Source: a virus
IMG/VR virus record: IMGVR_UViG_3300030101_001745
Location: 1 to 64,000 of that record
Direction: 5' to 3' (one strand)
Length of the DNA: 64,000 bases
Shown: positions 48,729-57,544 of the stretch, piece after piece
How positions within the stretch are numbered: the stretch's first letter is position 1
How the letters are laid out: every line of letters begins with the position of its first letter
Program-made: the position numbers and the translations under genes
The notes under the pieces: model-generated
Seen by the model: the letters and a program-made list of their open reading frames with translations, nothing else
Database searches by the model: none
What the model was told of the DNA's origin: nothing

Positions 48729-48890
48729 CTAGAGAGAACGATTTTTGGCCCACTCCATGGCGAGGTAATCCAACCTGCCCAACCACGAAATTAGACCACT
48801 TGCAAACACAATCATGAAAGGAGTGTAGAAACTCAGAGGTATTTCAAAAGACAAGTCATGTAAGAAACTCATGTCCAGAATTTCAATCAT
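48729..48890 (-). CDS. 53-aa putative membrane microprotein (MIEILDMSFL...)
   Basis: Hand-translated; ATGA overlap with the upstream micro-ORF. Confidence 0.5.
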   Translation of the reverse strand: MIEILDMSFLHDLSFEIPLSFYTPFMIVFASGLISWLGRLDYLAMEWAKNRSL

Positions 48891-49009
48891 GGCTCTTCAC
48901 TCCTAAAATATTTGGCTATTTCTTTGAATTCATTTACTAGAAGAAACGAAGCGCAAAAAAGAAAGAAGCCCATTAGGATATAGACGGGAAGAAAGGGTGA
49001 GTATTCCAT
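48887..49009 (-). CDS. 40-aa single-TM microprotein (MEYSPFLPVYILMGFFLFCASFLLV...)
   Basis: Hand-translated; starts 3 nt after the previous stop. Confidence 0.55.
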   Translation of the reverse strand: MEYSPFLPVYILMGFFLFCASFLLVNEFKEIAKYFRSEEP

Positions 49010-49012
49010 AGT

Positions 49013-49111
49013 TTATCTTACCTGCGCTTTCCAATATTCCCAATCCCAATCTGGATGTTTTTCCATTAATTTTTCTAATCTAATATCATGCCTATCCTTT
49101 TCATTAGCCAT
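49013..49111 (-). CDS. 32-aa microprotein (MANEKDRH...WDWEYWKAQVR)
   Basis: GGGAGGT RBS before ATG at 49111. Confidence 0.55.
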   Translation of the reverse strand: MANEKDRHDIRLEKLMEKHPDWDWEYWKAQVR

Positions 49112-49301
49112 CTGGTAAACCTCCCGACATCCATGAAAGCGCGGTGTAAAAATTACACCATAAATATTGTCGTTAAAATCTACACAATCTACCTTACTAC
49201 ACATTGAGATTTGGTTTTCGGAACTTCATATACTCTCGGATTTGATGTTTCGCAAATACTGAAGTTTCTCCGTAGTTCTTCAGTTATTAAAATCGGCTTC
49301 T

Positions 49302-49350
49302 ATATAGAAAACTACTTTTTCATATAAAAAACTACTTTTTCATATAGAAA
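49302..49350. repeat. AT-rich 20-bp tandem repeat, 2.5 copies (ATAT-A-R-AAAACTACTTTTTC)
   Basis: tatatagaaaactacttttt catataaaaaactacttttt catatagaaa. Confidence 0.85.
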
Positions 49351-49352
49351 GC

Positions 49353-49418
49353 AAAAAAAAGTGTTTAGAAACCAAAAAAAAAGTTGACCCAATGGCCGGA
49401 AGATTACTCTTCCCGCCA
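49353..49418 (-). terminator. Probable terminator of the replication arm (hairpin plus two oligo-T tracts)
   Basis: tggc-c-ggaaga/ttac/tcttcc-c-gcca stem spanning the stop codon, followed on the - strand by two T-runs of 8-9 nt. Confidence 0.55.
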
Positions 49419-49541
49419 AAGGGCTTTACATTCTTTACATTCCCAGATTAGGATTTTTTCTAAAGAGCCAACTACATGGCCTTTGATTCTTCTTGGGATT
49501 GTTCTTTTTTCGCAGAACTTGCACTTACTGCGGAGGGACAC
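49404..49541 (-). CDS. 45-aa Zn-ribbon microprotein (CKFC...WECKEC)
   Basis: Hand-translated, GTG start. Confidence 0.6.
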   Translation of the reverse strand: MSLRSKCKFCEKRTIPRRIKGHVVGSLEKILIWECKECKALWREE

Positions 49542-49701
49542 GACCAGACCTCTGCTCTTCAAGAATCTGATTTTCCAATCTGGTCATATACTCGTCTATT
49601 GTCTTCTCATCATATTTGGAACTACCAAAGGTAGCAAAGAAAAGTAGGGACATCCCCATGATGAAAAATATCCCTAGAATCCACTCAAATGTCGTTGCCA
49701 T
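49525..49701 (-). CDS. Small single-TM protein
   Basis: WILGIFFIMGMSLLFFATFG. Confidence 0.65.
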   Translation of the reverse strand: MATTFEWILGIFFIMGMSLLFFATFGSSKYDEKTIDEYMTRLENQILEEQRSGRVPPQ

Positions 49702-50297
49702 TACCAATCAACTCCTAGGTCGAGGACTTCCTCTTGGTCTAATGAGAAGCCCTTGACTACTTTATTGTTCTGTCCATGTTCCCACAATTTGTAGACCAAT
49801 TCGCAATCCATGAGGCAGTATTCTGCTACCTCTGCATAACCGCCCGCTTTCCAGACTTTGGGAGCATCCTCGCTCTTCATCAGTTTCTCTGCACCTAGCG
49901 TATGGTGGACTAGATTATTCAAGGAATACCTCTCCTTGAATTCCTTTTGTAGTATGTGGCTAGTGTCAATGTATGCTTCCGCATCCATATACTTCTTGAT
50001 ACAATAGATGTCCATCGCATTCTTCAATACTGGTAGGTCAAACCCTACTATGTTGTGTCCTAGTAGTTTACCTCCCTTCTCAAAGTGGTCATCCAAGTCA
50101 AACTTCAACTCAGACATAGACTTTACAATCGTATTGGGGAGTTTCAAGTCATCCAATGCCTTGTCTATGTAGATGGTTCCTTTGTCTCCATCGTAAGTAC
50201 ATACAGTAGAGACTCGGAACATGTGGGTATTACCCCACCCACCTATCTCATGGGCGTAGTTTTTGGTTTCCAAATCAATTGCTAGTACAGACATCAT
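49701..50297 (-). CDS. DEDD / RNase H-like 3'-5' exonuclease (YprB-like)
   Basis: AIDLET, GHNIVGFDLPVL, YSLNNL, EYCLMD. Confidence 0.85.
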   Translation of the reverse strand: MMSVLAIDLETKNYAHEIGGWGNTHMFRVSTVCTYDGDKGTIYIDKALDDLKLPNTIVKSMSELKFDLDDHFEKGGKLLGHNIVGFDLPVLKNAMDIYCIKKYMDAEAYIDTSHILQKEFKERYSLNNLVHHTLGAEKLMKSEDAPKVWKAGGYAEVAEYCLMDCELVYKLWEHGQNNKVVKGFSLDQEEVLDLGVDW

Positions 50298-50536
50298 GAT
50301 TCCTCTGTGTCAGCAGACCAGATAGAATCCAATTTCTTTTTAGCAGATTTAGCGGGGTCTGGGTCTTCTATTACAGATTCCCTAGCCATGAACGCAACAA
50401 GTTTGTCACCTGCTACGCTTATCATGGTCTTTACTTCCCAACCTTCCTGTCCATAAGTATTCAAAGATTCGATGATTATCTTCGGACCTTCTGCAACTTG
50501 GAAAACAAGATACATGTTTTCATATTGCTTCTTCAT
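50294..50536 (-). CDS. Small protein, DUF4177-like pattern
   Basis: LNTYGQEGWEV motif. Confidence 0.55.
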   Translation of the reverse strand: MKKQYENMYLVFQVAEGPKIIIESLNTYGQEGWEVKTMISVAGDKLVAFMARESVIEDPDPAKSAKKKLDSIWSADTEES

Positions 50537-52020
50537 TCTTTAACCTCCTTTTCGACAATCTTTGTGTAAACCGACCTTCCCTTCTTGGCCTCGTTGAATA
50601 CTCCAGTCTTAGCCAATTCTTTGTAGTTTCGGTATATCGTAGCCTGTCCTTTACCTGTTGATTTACGGACATTCTCCAATAACTGTTGCTTGTTCACTCT
50701 CCCTTCACTGTCTGCTACGGTTTTTAGGTTTTCATATTCTGCCTTGAATACTTTGATTCCTAATTTGTCTTGACCAGATATTCTCTCCTGTCTAAGTGAA
50801 GTATCCAACCACGATATGAGAGACTTGTAACATGCTCGTATCAATCTAGAAGACTGTTGAACGTGCTTGTCTGTGACATAGTATCTGTTCTTCTTGGTTC
50901 TGATGGTAGGGGCTTCTGTGATAGCACACAATACTGCCATCCTCGCCATGCTTCCTTGCATCCTAGTGATGAAGTTGTTAGCCAATGACAACACCGATGG
51001 CCTACTTGACTGAACATAATTCTCAAACTTCTTTGTTTCAGCCTTGATTGAATCTCTAAAGTTAGGAGCGAATCTCATTGTCTTCGTTCTATCCTTTCCG
51101 TTTTCTTCAAAGTGTTCTTTCAGACATTCATACACCTTTACTATCGCATCTCCAAACTGATTGATAGGTTGTGCGCTATCTGCAACTGTACCATATGAGT
51201 CTGCTACTTTTGCACGTAGTTCGTTCTGTAGTTCTATTGGTATCTCTCTGATGAAGAGTACCGACCTCTGCATTAAACCAGTCTCTGCAATAACCCTAGT
51301 CATGTTACTTGGGATGTAGGTAGTTGCGAAGATGCTTCTCTGGCAATCGCAAACTAGAACATGGCCCTTAGCCAACTTCTTCTTGATAAGGTGATTATTT
51401 CCATGAAGCGAATTCATGAACTTGTTCATGTACATCACAACGTTCTCCTTGTGTTGTGAACTCTTGAAGACACCAGAATACTCAAACTCGTCATATGCGA
51501 CTAATCCACTACCTTCCAATGCGCCATACACTTGTACGGGAACATCCACTACAGTAGCATTACCTTCATCGTCAGTCAACGTTTCTCTTTCTTCTGTTAT
51601 CGTTCCAATCAAACCTGCATCAGTTGTGTCTTCGACATCCATGATATCGAAGTTGGTTCCGTGGTTCGCATTGAGAACCTCAAACACATAGTTGGATACA
51701 GGGCCGAAGAAGTTGTACAATTCGGACTTTCCAGTACCAGATGTCTGCATCCATATCAATTGGATTCTGGTATCATCTGTCCTTCTTCCATGTGGTATTG
51801 CGGCCATGTCCTTACATATCTGACCTAGTAGAACAAAGTATGACAATGCCGCAGGTATCTCATTGTAGTAAGACACCTCTGATGCAGAATTGACATACTG
51901 CTCAACTAGGCTAGGTAACTTCCGTTGCCTTGCCTTCGGGACTTCTTTTGACAAAGACTCCCAATACTCACGTTCAACGTGAGCCTCTCTTGCTTCTCTT
52001 GCTATTTCTTTTTCATTCAT
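50533..52020 (-). CDS. MCM-like AAA+ ATPase / putative replicative helicase with C-terminal wHTH
   Basis: Walker A SGTGKS, TTDAGLIG, GALEGSGLVAYDEFE (Walker B), GLMQR Arg finger, TRMQGSMARMA sensor-2-like; start reset to MNEKE. Confidence 0.7.
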   Translation of the reverse strand: MNEKEIAREAREAHVEREYWESLSKEVPKARQRKLPSLVEQYVNSASEVSYYNEIPAALSYFVLLGQICKDMAAIPHGRRTDDTRIQLIWMQTSGTGKSELYNFFGPVSNYVFEVLNANHGTNFDIMDVEDTTDAGLIGTITEERETLTDDEGNATVVDVPVQVYGALEGSGLVAYDEFEYSGVFKSSQHKENVVMYMNKFMNSLHGNNHLIKKKLAKGHVLVCDCQRSIFATTYIPSNMTRVIAETGLMQRSVLFIREIPIELQNELRAKVADSYGTVADSAQPINQFGDAIVKVYECLKEHFEENGKDRTKTMRFAPNFRDSIKAETKKFENYVQSSRPSVLSLANNFITRMQGSMARMAVLCAITEAPTIRTKKNRYYVTDKHVQQSSRLIRACYKSLISWLDTSLRQERISGQDKLGIKVFKAEYENLKTVADSEGRVNKQQLLENVRKSTGKGQATIYRNYKELAKTGVFNEAKKGRSVYTKIVEKEVKE

Positions 52021-52022
52021 AT

Positions 52023-52718
52023 TTATATCTCCATTTTTGTTTCTTTGTTCAGAGTGTTTATTACTCTCTCTGCTAGAGTTTGGCCTACGCCTTCTATTTC
52101 GCACAATTCTGAAATTGTTGCTTCTCCTATTTCCATGATAGAACCAAATTTGTCTAACATGAGTTTAGCCTTATTCAGACTAATTCCTTTGATTGTAGTC
52201 AGAACATCCACCCTCAAATCGGTGGTGGTTATTCTCTTTACAATTCTAGGAGTGTATACTTCTCTGGTGATTGGTTGCATTTTACATACCGTACAAATCA
52301 CCTCTGCGGCAGTCAATGAGTCCTTGACCCATACTACACTACAATCGGTATCTAGTATTATTCTGCCTAATGCACCATAGAACTTTTTCCAAGTCAAGGT
52401 GCGTAGGACTTTTGGATTGATATCAGACTTGACATGTGCAAGATGTTGTCTGAATGCTTTGTCAAATGAACCGTGTACTATCACAAGGTTATTGTCAAAG
52501 GCTCTATCCATGTTATCTAGTTGCTTCCACAGTCGCTTGTTCTGTACTGACTGTAGGAAGTCGAAGGATGACTTCGCTTCAAAGCAGACGTTGTTGAAGG
52601 TATAGTCTCCAAACTCAATCCATTCTTTCTCAAAGGGTATGTTCATCTTTCTTGCTTTCTCTTCCACTTGTTCCGTTAGAACAGAATTTTCCCTACTGTC
52701 AATAATGAGTTTGTTCAT
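52023..52718 (-). CDS. ERCC4/XPF-family structure-specific nuclease with (HhH)2
   Basis: IIDSRE, FGDY, FEAKSSFDF, RLWKQL, IKGISLNKA, IEGVGQTLA. Confidence 0.88.
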   Translation of the reverse strand: MNKLIIDSRENSVLTEQVEEKARKMNIPFEKEWIEFGDYTFNNVCFEAKSSFDFLQSVQNKRLWKQLDNMDRAFDNNLVIVHGSFDKAFRQHLAHVKSDINPKVLRTLTWKKFYGALGRIILDTDCSVVWVKDSLTAAEVICTVCKMQPITREVYTPRIVKRITTTDLRVDVLTTIKGISLNKAKLMLDKFGSIMEIGEATISELCEIEGVGQTLAERVINTLNKETKMEI

Positions 52719-52849
52719 CTGAAAACCTCCCTGTGATTACATGAATTGCATTTCATTACTGCCTTCTGTATCTTTGTACCTGCTCTTTGATAGGGGAGTT
52801 TGGTAGCAAACATCCTACCTTTGCATATTGGACACTTAACTCCCCGCAT
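52715..52849 (-). CDS. 44-aa Zn-ribbon microprotein (CPIC...CNSC)
   Basis: Hand-translated; ATGA-coupled to the ERCC4 gene. Confidence 0.6.
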   Translation of the reverse strand: MRGVKCPICKGRMFATKLPYQRAGTKIQKAVMKCNSCNHREVFR

Positions 52850-53006
52850 TTCTTTTCCTCCCATGTCTATCTACCTTAGAGTAATCTGTCATTGTCTGTA
52901 TCTTTTTACAGTCTAGGCAAATTCTCTTCTTCACATTGGGAGGTGATGGTAGTTTACCCCATCTATTACATGGGCATCTGTTATCCTTGAACCGAATGCT
53001 ACTCAT
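52836..53006 (-). CDS. Cys-rich microprotein
   Basis: RCPC...CLDC; internal ATG in ORF 52836..53030. Confidence 0.5.
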   Translation of the reverse strand: MSSIRFKDNRCPCNRWGKLPSPPNVKKRICLDCKKIQTMTDYSKVDRHGRKRNAGS

Positions 53007-53991
53007 CAGGATACCTCCAACACCTGCCAATACAATATCCTTGTGGTATTAGAACAGACTCGCAACCCGGAGCATGATACCCCTTCTGCACGATTCCCCT
53101 AACATATTTCTCACTTAGACCACGATTCCAATCAAGCCAGATACCCGGCTTCTCTGCTATTGTCTCCAATTCATCCATAACCATACTTACTATCTTCTCC
53201 TGTTGTGGTAGCCCGATGTGTCTCTCACCTATGCTTAGTAAATCTCTATACCATTGAATGAGATACACCCTAGCATAGTGACTAGGATTCTCAACTGTAA
53301 TGGCGTTCTGCAAGCATGGCAGGATAGGTAGGTTTGCCAGTTTGTCTGGCATTTCAATCTCGGTGTCTGATACACTAACTGGTTTGACTTTCGGCCAATC
53401 AATCAGTTTGCCACCATACACGAAGTCTTCCTGTACTTGTTTCTTCGCCATCTCAATGATAGTATCAACATTTGCCGTCTTATCCATATCTAGTGGAATA
53501 CAATAGTATCCATCACTACTTAGGTTGAGTGTGTTTGGTATCCTACGAAGTCTGGTGGTCTGAATGCCTGTCCTGTCTAACGTAGGATAATCCTTAGCCA
53601 ACTCGGTATAATACGCTTGAATGCTTCTGATATCATCTGCTCTCTTACCATAAGCGATGATGTGAAAACCTTTGCCAGAAAAGAATGGTCTGAACTTGAT
53701 ACCCTCGTCTTGAAACTTCTTACATACTCCACGGAAATCTCTGTGGGCATTATCCAATGGTTCACCGTGAGCATCAAAATCCAGAAACATCTTGTCTAGA
53801 ATAGCAGAACTATCTATCTTGGTATTGTCCGTGAACCTCTCAAACTCATACACGGTCATGTAGCAGTTCATTCTGCCATTGTTCATGTTCAACCATTTCA
53901 GATATTCTTCTCTACTCTTCACTAGTTTTCTTGGTATTTGCCTTGAGCCTTTGATGTGACTTCCGGCCCAAACTTCCCTTGGGTATCTCAT
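52999..53991 (-). CDS. priS: Archaeo-eukaryotic primase, PriS fused to a PriL-like Fe-S C-terminal domain
   Basis: FLDFD, FSGKGFH, LRRIPNTLN; C-terminal LPC..HYAR..PGC..C...C. Confidence 0.85.
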   Translation of the reverse strand: MRYPREVWAGSHIKGSRQIPRKLVKSREEYLKWLNMNNGRMNCYMTVYEFERFTDNTKIDSSAILDKMFLDFDAHGEPLDNAHRDFRGVCKKFQDEGIKFRPFFSGKGFHIIAYGKRADDIRSIQAYYTELAKDYPTLDRTGIQTTRLRRIPNTLNLSSDGYYCIPLDMDKTANVDTIIEMAKKQVQEDFVYGGKLIDWPKVKPVSVSDTEIEMPDKLANLPILPCLQNAITVENPSHYARVYLIQWYRDLLSIGERHIGLPQQEKIVSMVMDELETIAEKPGIWLDWNRGLSEKYVRGIVQKGYHAPGCESVLIPQGYCIGRCWRYPDE

Positions 53992-54265
53992 TCTTATCAT
54001 CTCCATTAAAATTAATATTTGCATTCATTAGTAATTCTTTGACTTCTATCGCTACGTCTTCCTTCAATCTGGTAATGAGGATTCTCTGAAAGTCCTCACC
54101 TATGTCCTGCCATACGAAATCTAATTTCTCCTTAGCAGACATATCTGTGTATATCCTTTCAGCGAACGTATCAACCAGAGCAGACATATCCTGCATCTCT
54201 GCAAAAGTCCATTGTTTTTCTTGTAGCATTTCTTCTATTCTATCTCTCACTATATCACTCCCCAT
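53912..54265 (-). CDS. Hypothetical protein
   Basis: 117-aa ORF in the operon; 3' end overlaps the primase start. Confidence 0.55.
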   Translation of the reverse strand: MGSDIVRDRIEEMLQEKQWTFAEMQDMSALVDTFAERIYTDMSAKEKLDFVWQDIGEDFQRILITRLKEDVAIEVKELLMNANINFNGDDKNEIPKGSLGRKSHQRLKANTKKTSEE

Positions 54266-54381
54266 ATTTTTGCTATTAGTAATAGCGACAAGAGTATGTT
54301 TACTCCTGCGGCTATCGTTCTGAACAAGGCCATTCTAGCAAAACGGTCTTGACTCCAGTATTCCAATTCATCTCCATTCAT
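54250..54381 (-). CDS. 43-aa membrane microprotein
   Basis: Hand-translated MNGDELEYW...VNILLSLLLIAKIWGVI. Confidence 0.5.
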   Translation of the reverse strand: MNGDELEYWSQDRFARMALFRTIAAGVNILLSLLLIAKIWGVI

Positions 54382-54489
54382 TCATTCTTCCTCTCTTATT
54401 TGTTCCTCTATGCATTTTCTACACCATCTATTTCCCATCATTATGAAATCATTACATGTCTCACATTTTACGGTGACTATGCCATTCAA
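54382..54489 (-). CDS. 35-aa Zn-finger microprotein (CETC...CRKC)
   Basis: Hand-translated; TTGA overlap with the PolB C-part stop. Confidence 0.5.
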   Translation of the reverse strand: MNGIVTVKCETCNDFIMMGNRWCRKCIEEQIREEE

Positions 54490-55400
54490 ACTAACCATTC
54501 CCCCAAGGCACTTTGATTTCTATCTTTCTTAATTGCCTGTAAGTCCCATTCCATTGCATGATAGATTGGTGTGGCTTTCTTTAGAACCGACTCTGCATAA
54601 TGTCTCCAATCTGGTTCATGCCATGACTCCGATAGTTCCTTCTCCGTTATGAAGGAGAAGTAGGATGGTCTTGTTGACCTACCAGAGAACGGATGTGTGT
54701 ATGTGGCGGGAGAGTGTGGGTCAATCCTAAAGTACAGATATGAATCTGTAATAGGTGTATCCGATATAGTATCGTGATACAATACACCCTCTATCCCAGA
54801 ACCGATGGTAGGTCGCTTTCCTTCTGATGTGACATAATCTGGTTTATCACAACACTCTCTTCCCATCTGCTTTCTCTCCATCAACTCATGAAGGGTAAAG
54901 TTACTCTTCCAACCGTTCTTCCTACAGTTGTTACAGATTACCTTGAACCTAGATTCTTTGTATCTCGTTCTTGTTAGAACATCGCTAACAGGAATCTTAC
55001 CTTTTAATACTGCATTGTAAAGACCATGTAGGTAATCAGTTACCTCTTCTTCACTACATGCATTGACCCACATGTTCAAGACTTGTGTTTGTGTCTCCTT
55101 ACCTAGTTTAGTGATAGACTGTCTCTTGGCAGTAAAACCAGTCATTGAGAACTCGTCTTCTTCAAGGAACTCCCCATCTTTCCAAGTAATCAACCCTGCG
55201 TTCCTGTTCTTTGTCACACCTACACCTAGAGTTTTGAAATACTTCTCAAACTCTAACTGTACAGGATGCTCATCCAAACCTAGAATGTTTGGAAACAACT
55301 TCTGTACTTCCTTGTTTATATGCTCTACTGCTTCCTTACCTTTCTCAACAGATTCACAATCTACATAGATGGAATCCGTGTGTCCATAAACTACCTTCAT
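54486..55400 (-). CDS. polB: Family B DNA polymerase, C-terminal subunit (motif C plus thumb)
   Basis: VVYGHTDSIYV, LEFEKYF, KNRNAG, GFTAKR. Confidence 0.88.
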   Translation of the reverse strand: MKVVYGHTDSIYVDCESVEKGKEAVEHINKEVQKLFPNILGLDEHPVQLEFEKYFKTLGVGVTKNRNAGLITWKDGEFLEEDEFSMTGFTAKRQSITKLGKETQTQVLNMWVNACSEEEVTDYLHGLYNAVLKGKIPVSDVLTRTRYKESRFKVICNNCRKNGWKSNFTLHELMERKQMGRECCDKPDYVTSEGKRPTIGSGIEGVLYHDTISDTPITDSYLYFRIDPHSPATYTHPFSGRSTRPSYFSFITEKELSESWHEPDWRHYAESVLKKATPIYHAMEWDLQAIKKDRNQSALGEWLV

Positions 55401-55633
55401 TATTCTCTCTCCTTGTAATTATCATGGTCTTTAGGTAACTTGTGTTGCCTTCTTTCCATCATGTTTCTAAGATAACCGCTAATGTTAGTGGCTCCTGTTC
55501 GGAAACGCTTCTCAGCAATCTTGTCTCCTTTCGGAACCATTTCGGCCATTAGGCCATCTAACCATGCTCTTCTTCCTACCCAATCTAATATTTCATATTC
55601 TACGTGTGCTACGCTTCTCGCTCTTCTTTCCAT
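55400..55633 (-). CDS. Hypothetical protein between the PolB halves
   Basis: 77 aa; TAATG-coupled to the PolB C-part. Confidence 0.6.
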   Translation of the reverse strand: MERRARSVAHVEYEILDWVGRRAWLDGLMAEMVPKGDKIAEKRFRTGATNISGYLRNMMERRQHKLPKDHDNYKERE

Positions 55634-55812
55634 TTTATCAATTCCTTTTTTATTTTCATAATCATTTTTTCATCTAAATGTGGGAATGGATTCACCATTC
55701 TCAGATAGTCGTGTAGCCAATGTCCGATACATACTTTGCACACGAAACCATGTTCCGTCATACAACCCTCGGACTCTACATGACATACCGTACATCTAGC
55801 CACCTCTCCCAT
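55609..55812 (-). CDS. Zn-finger microprotein between the PolB halves
   Basis: CTVC...CKVC. Confidence 0.6.
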   Translation of the reverse strand: MGEVARCTVCHVESEGCMTEHGFVCKVCIGHWLHDYLRMVNPFPHLDEKMIMKIKKELIKWKEEREA

Positions 55813-55863
55813 GTCGCTTCCTCCATGCTTTCCTCGCTTTGAAGTAAGACTCCCAAGTTTGGC

Positions 55864-57543
55864 TCATTCGTATCGCCTCGCTTGGTAGGCCGCTTCTCTA
55901 ATTGCTTCTCTAGCACTAGCAGTAATTGCCTCTGCTAATTCGATATCACACCAACCGTATCCTTGGAATCCAACAATCCCATAGAACGAAGCCATTAATC
56001 TCTTGACCGCTAGTTGGTTGTTGTTCCACATAACGTACTCGGATTTGTCAGATGCATTTTTCATATTCACCTTGTACTCATTCCTCAACTTCTTCAATCC
56101 CAAAAGAGAACGTGGCAGAAGTCCTAAGTCATCCGTCTTGAAGTATCTCATATTCGTGTGAGTTGATTCACTGAAATCCTTGGGAGTGCTGATATTTACT
56201 GCAAACTCAGTTGGTACTCTCGATTTTGTCTCCCACGAAATGTTTCTTGCAATCATCATGCTCGGATACAGACCCGCGAAGTCAAATGCGGCTACACCGA
56301 AATGTAGCCCATTTGTGCCTTCACTAAGCGGGTCATATACCATCGCCCCATCATATGACCTAGACTCTCCTTTCTTGCCTGTAGGAGCCTTCCAAGAAGC
56401 ATTACGCATGAAGTAAATTCCTGCCATCTTAGTCGCATGATGACATGCATCATACGGTGCTTTCAGAAGTCTCTGTAGAGATAGTATTGCTTCCGTGATG
56501 TGATTGGTAGTATCTAGTTCAACTAGCAATTCTACGTCTATCCTAGCATACTCCAGATAGACATCTGAATCCTCCAACCAAGCCCTAGCAAAGAATTCGT
56601 TCTTGTCTGGAAACCTATTACTCACTAGTTTCTTCTTTCCAAGAACGGTTTCACCTATGTAGTCAAGTGCCATTGAAGGCAATGTTCCTCTCTGAGAATC
56701 CAACCATTGTCTTTCAAACGCCGCATCTAGAGCAACACATATCCTACCCTTGATTGGTTGGTATGTAGGTGAGTAACTGTTCACCTTTCTCTTATCCATA
56801 GCGACTTGCTTTGTCTTCTTATCCCAATACACTCCACTAACTTCATCACAAGGAGAAAGCAGTTGAGCATCTAACTTGTTATGGATGAGCCTCTCAATCA
56901 ACTTAGGCAGGTCGAACTTCCAACCGAACCAAGAGATAAGCATGTCTGGGTCATGGAAGATGATATCGCTAAGGAAAGCCTGTAGCATCTTCTTCTCAGA
57001 AGAATAAAACTTCGCACCTTGTCCTAGCCCATCTGTGTCTCTACCATCTGGATACCAAACATATGTCTTGTACCAATTGTCATAACTGTCGTATGTAGCA
57101 ATACAAGTAATCGCGCCGTCATGTTCTCCACCTTGCATCCATTCCATATCCCAATACAACTTTCTCATTTCATACTCTGGAAAGAAATCCGGGTTCTCTA
57201 TAGCATACCTGTGATGATGTGCAACATCTCCTTCGTATGTGTCAATATTGTTTCTGTCAAACCAGTTTCTCATCAACTTAGCATAGTGTGGTTTTGGTGG
57301 TGACCAAGAAACTTGCTTTAGTCTATCACCGTCAAGATTGACGAAATCAGTCTTCTCGTATGATGGCTTCAATGTGAAACTACCATAGGCATCTCTACCC
57401 TTGCACTCATTCATCTCAACCTCACTATCCTTGATGTAGAACCTAGGCTTGAATTCATCGAAGGATACTTCCTTCGTCTGAACCTTCTTGTATTCATCTC
57501 TCCATCTAAGCAGTATTCCCTTTGTCGTAGTATCAATAATCAT
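55864..57543 (-). CDS. polB: Family B DNA polymerase, N-terminal subunit (exonuclease plus motifs A and B)
   Basis: ExoI WDME, ExoII FDLPKL, ExoIII YARID, motif A FDFAGLYPSMM, motif B KRLMASFYG. Confidence 0.92.
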   Translation of the reverse strand: MIIDTTTKGILLRWRDEYKKVQTKEVSFDEFKPRFYIKDSEVEMNECKGRDAYGSFTLKPSYEKTDFVNLDGDRLKQVSWSPPKPHYAKLMRNWFDRNNIDTYEGDVAHHHRYAIENPDFFPEYEMRKLYWDMEWMQGGEHDGAITCIATYDSYDNWYKTYVWYPDGRDTDGLGQGAKFYSSEKKMLQAFLSDIIFHDPDMLISWFGWKFDLPKLIERLIHNKLDAQLLSPCDEVSGVYWDKKTKQVAMDKRKVNSYSPTYQPIKGRICVALDAAFERQWLDSQRGTLPSMALDYIGETVLGKKKLVSNRFPDKNEFFARAWLEDSDVYLEYARIDVELLVELDTTNHITEAILSLQRLLKAPYDACHHATKMAGIYFMRNASWKAPTGKKGESRSYDGAMVYDPLSEGTNGLHFGVAAFDFAGLYPSMMIARNISWETKSRVPTEFAVNISTPKDFSESTHTNMRYFKTDDLGLLPRSLLGLKKLRNEYKVNMKNASDKSEYVMWNNNQLAVKRLMASFYGIVGFQGYGWCDIELAEAITASAREAIREAAYQARRYE

Positions 57544-57544
57544 T

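Noticed and set aside
49302-49350. Tandem repeat as a mini-CRISPR array
   Set aside because: The units are directly adjacent with no spacers.
48622-49400. tRNA or other structured ncRNA in the junction region
   Set aside because: No cloverleaf or T-loop consensus was found by eye, and much of the region is explained by micro-ORFs; a covariance-model scan would be needed to exclude it fully.
55401-55863. Split intein or self-splicing intron in polB
   Set aside because: There is no Cys/Ser-start or His-Asn-end intein motif and no homing endonuclease; the gap holds two ordinary coupled ORFs.
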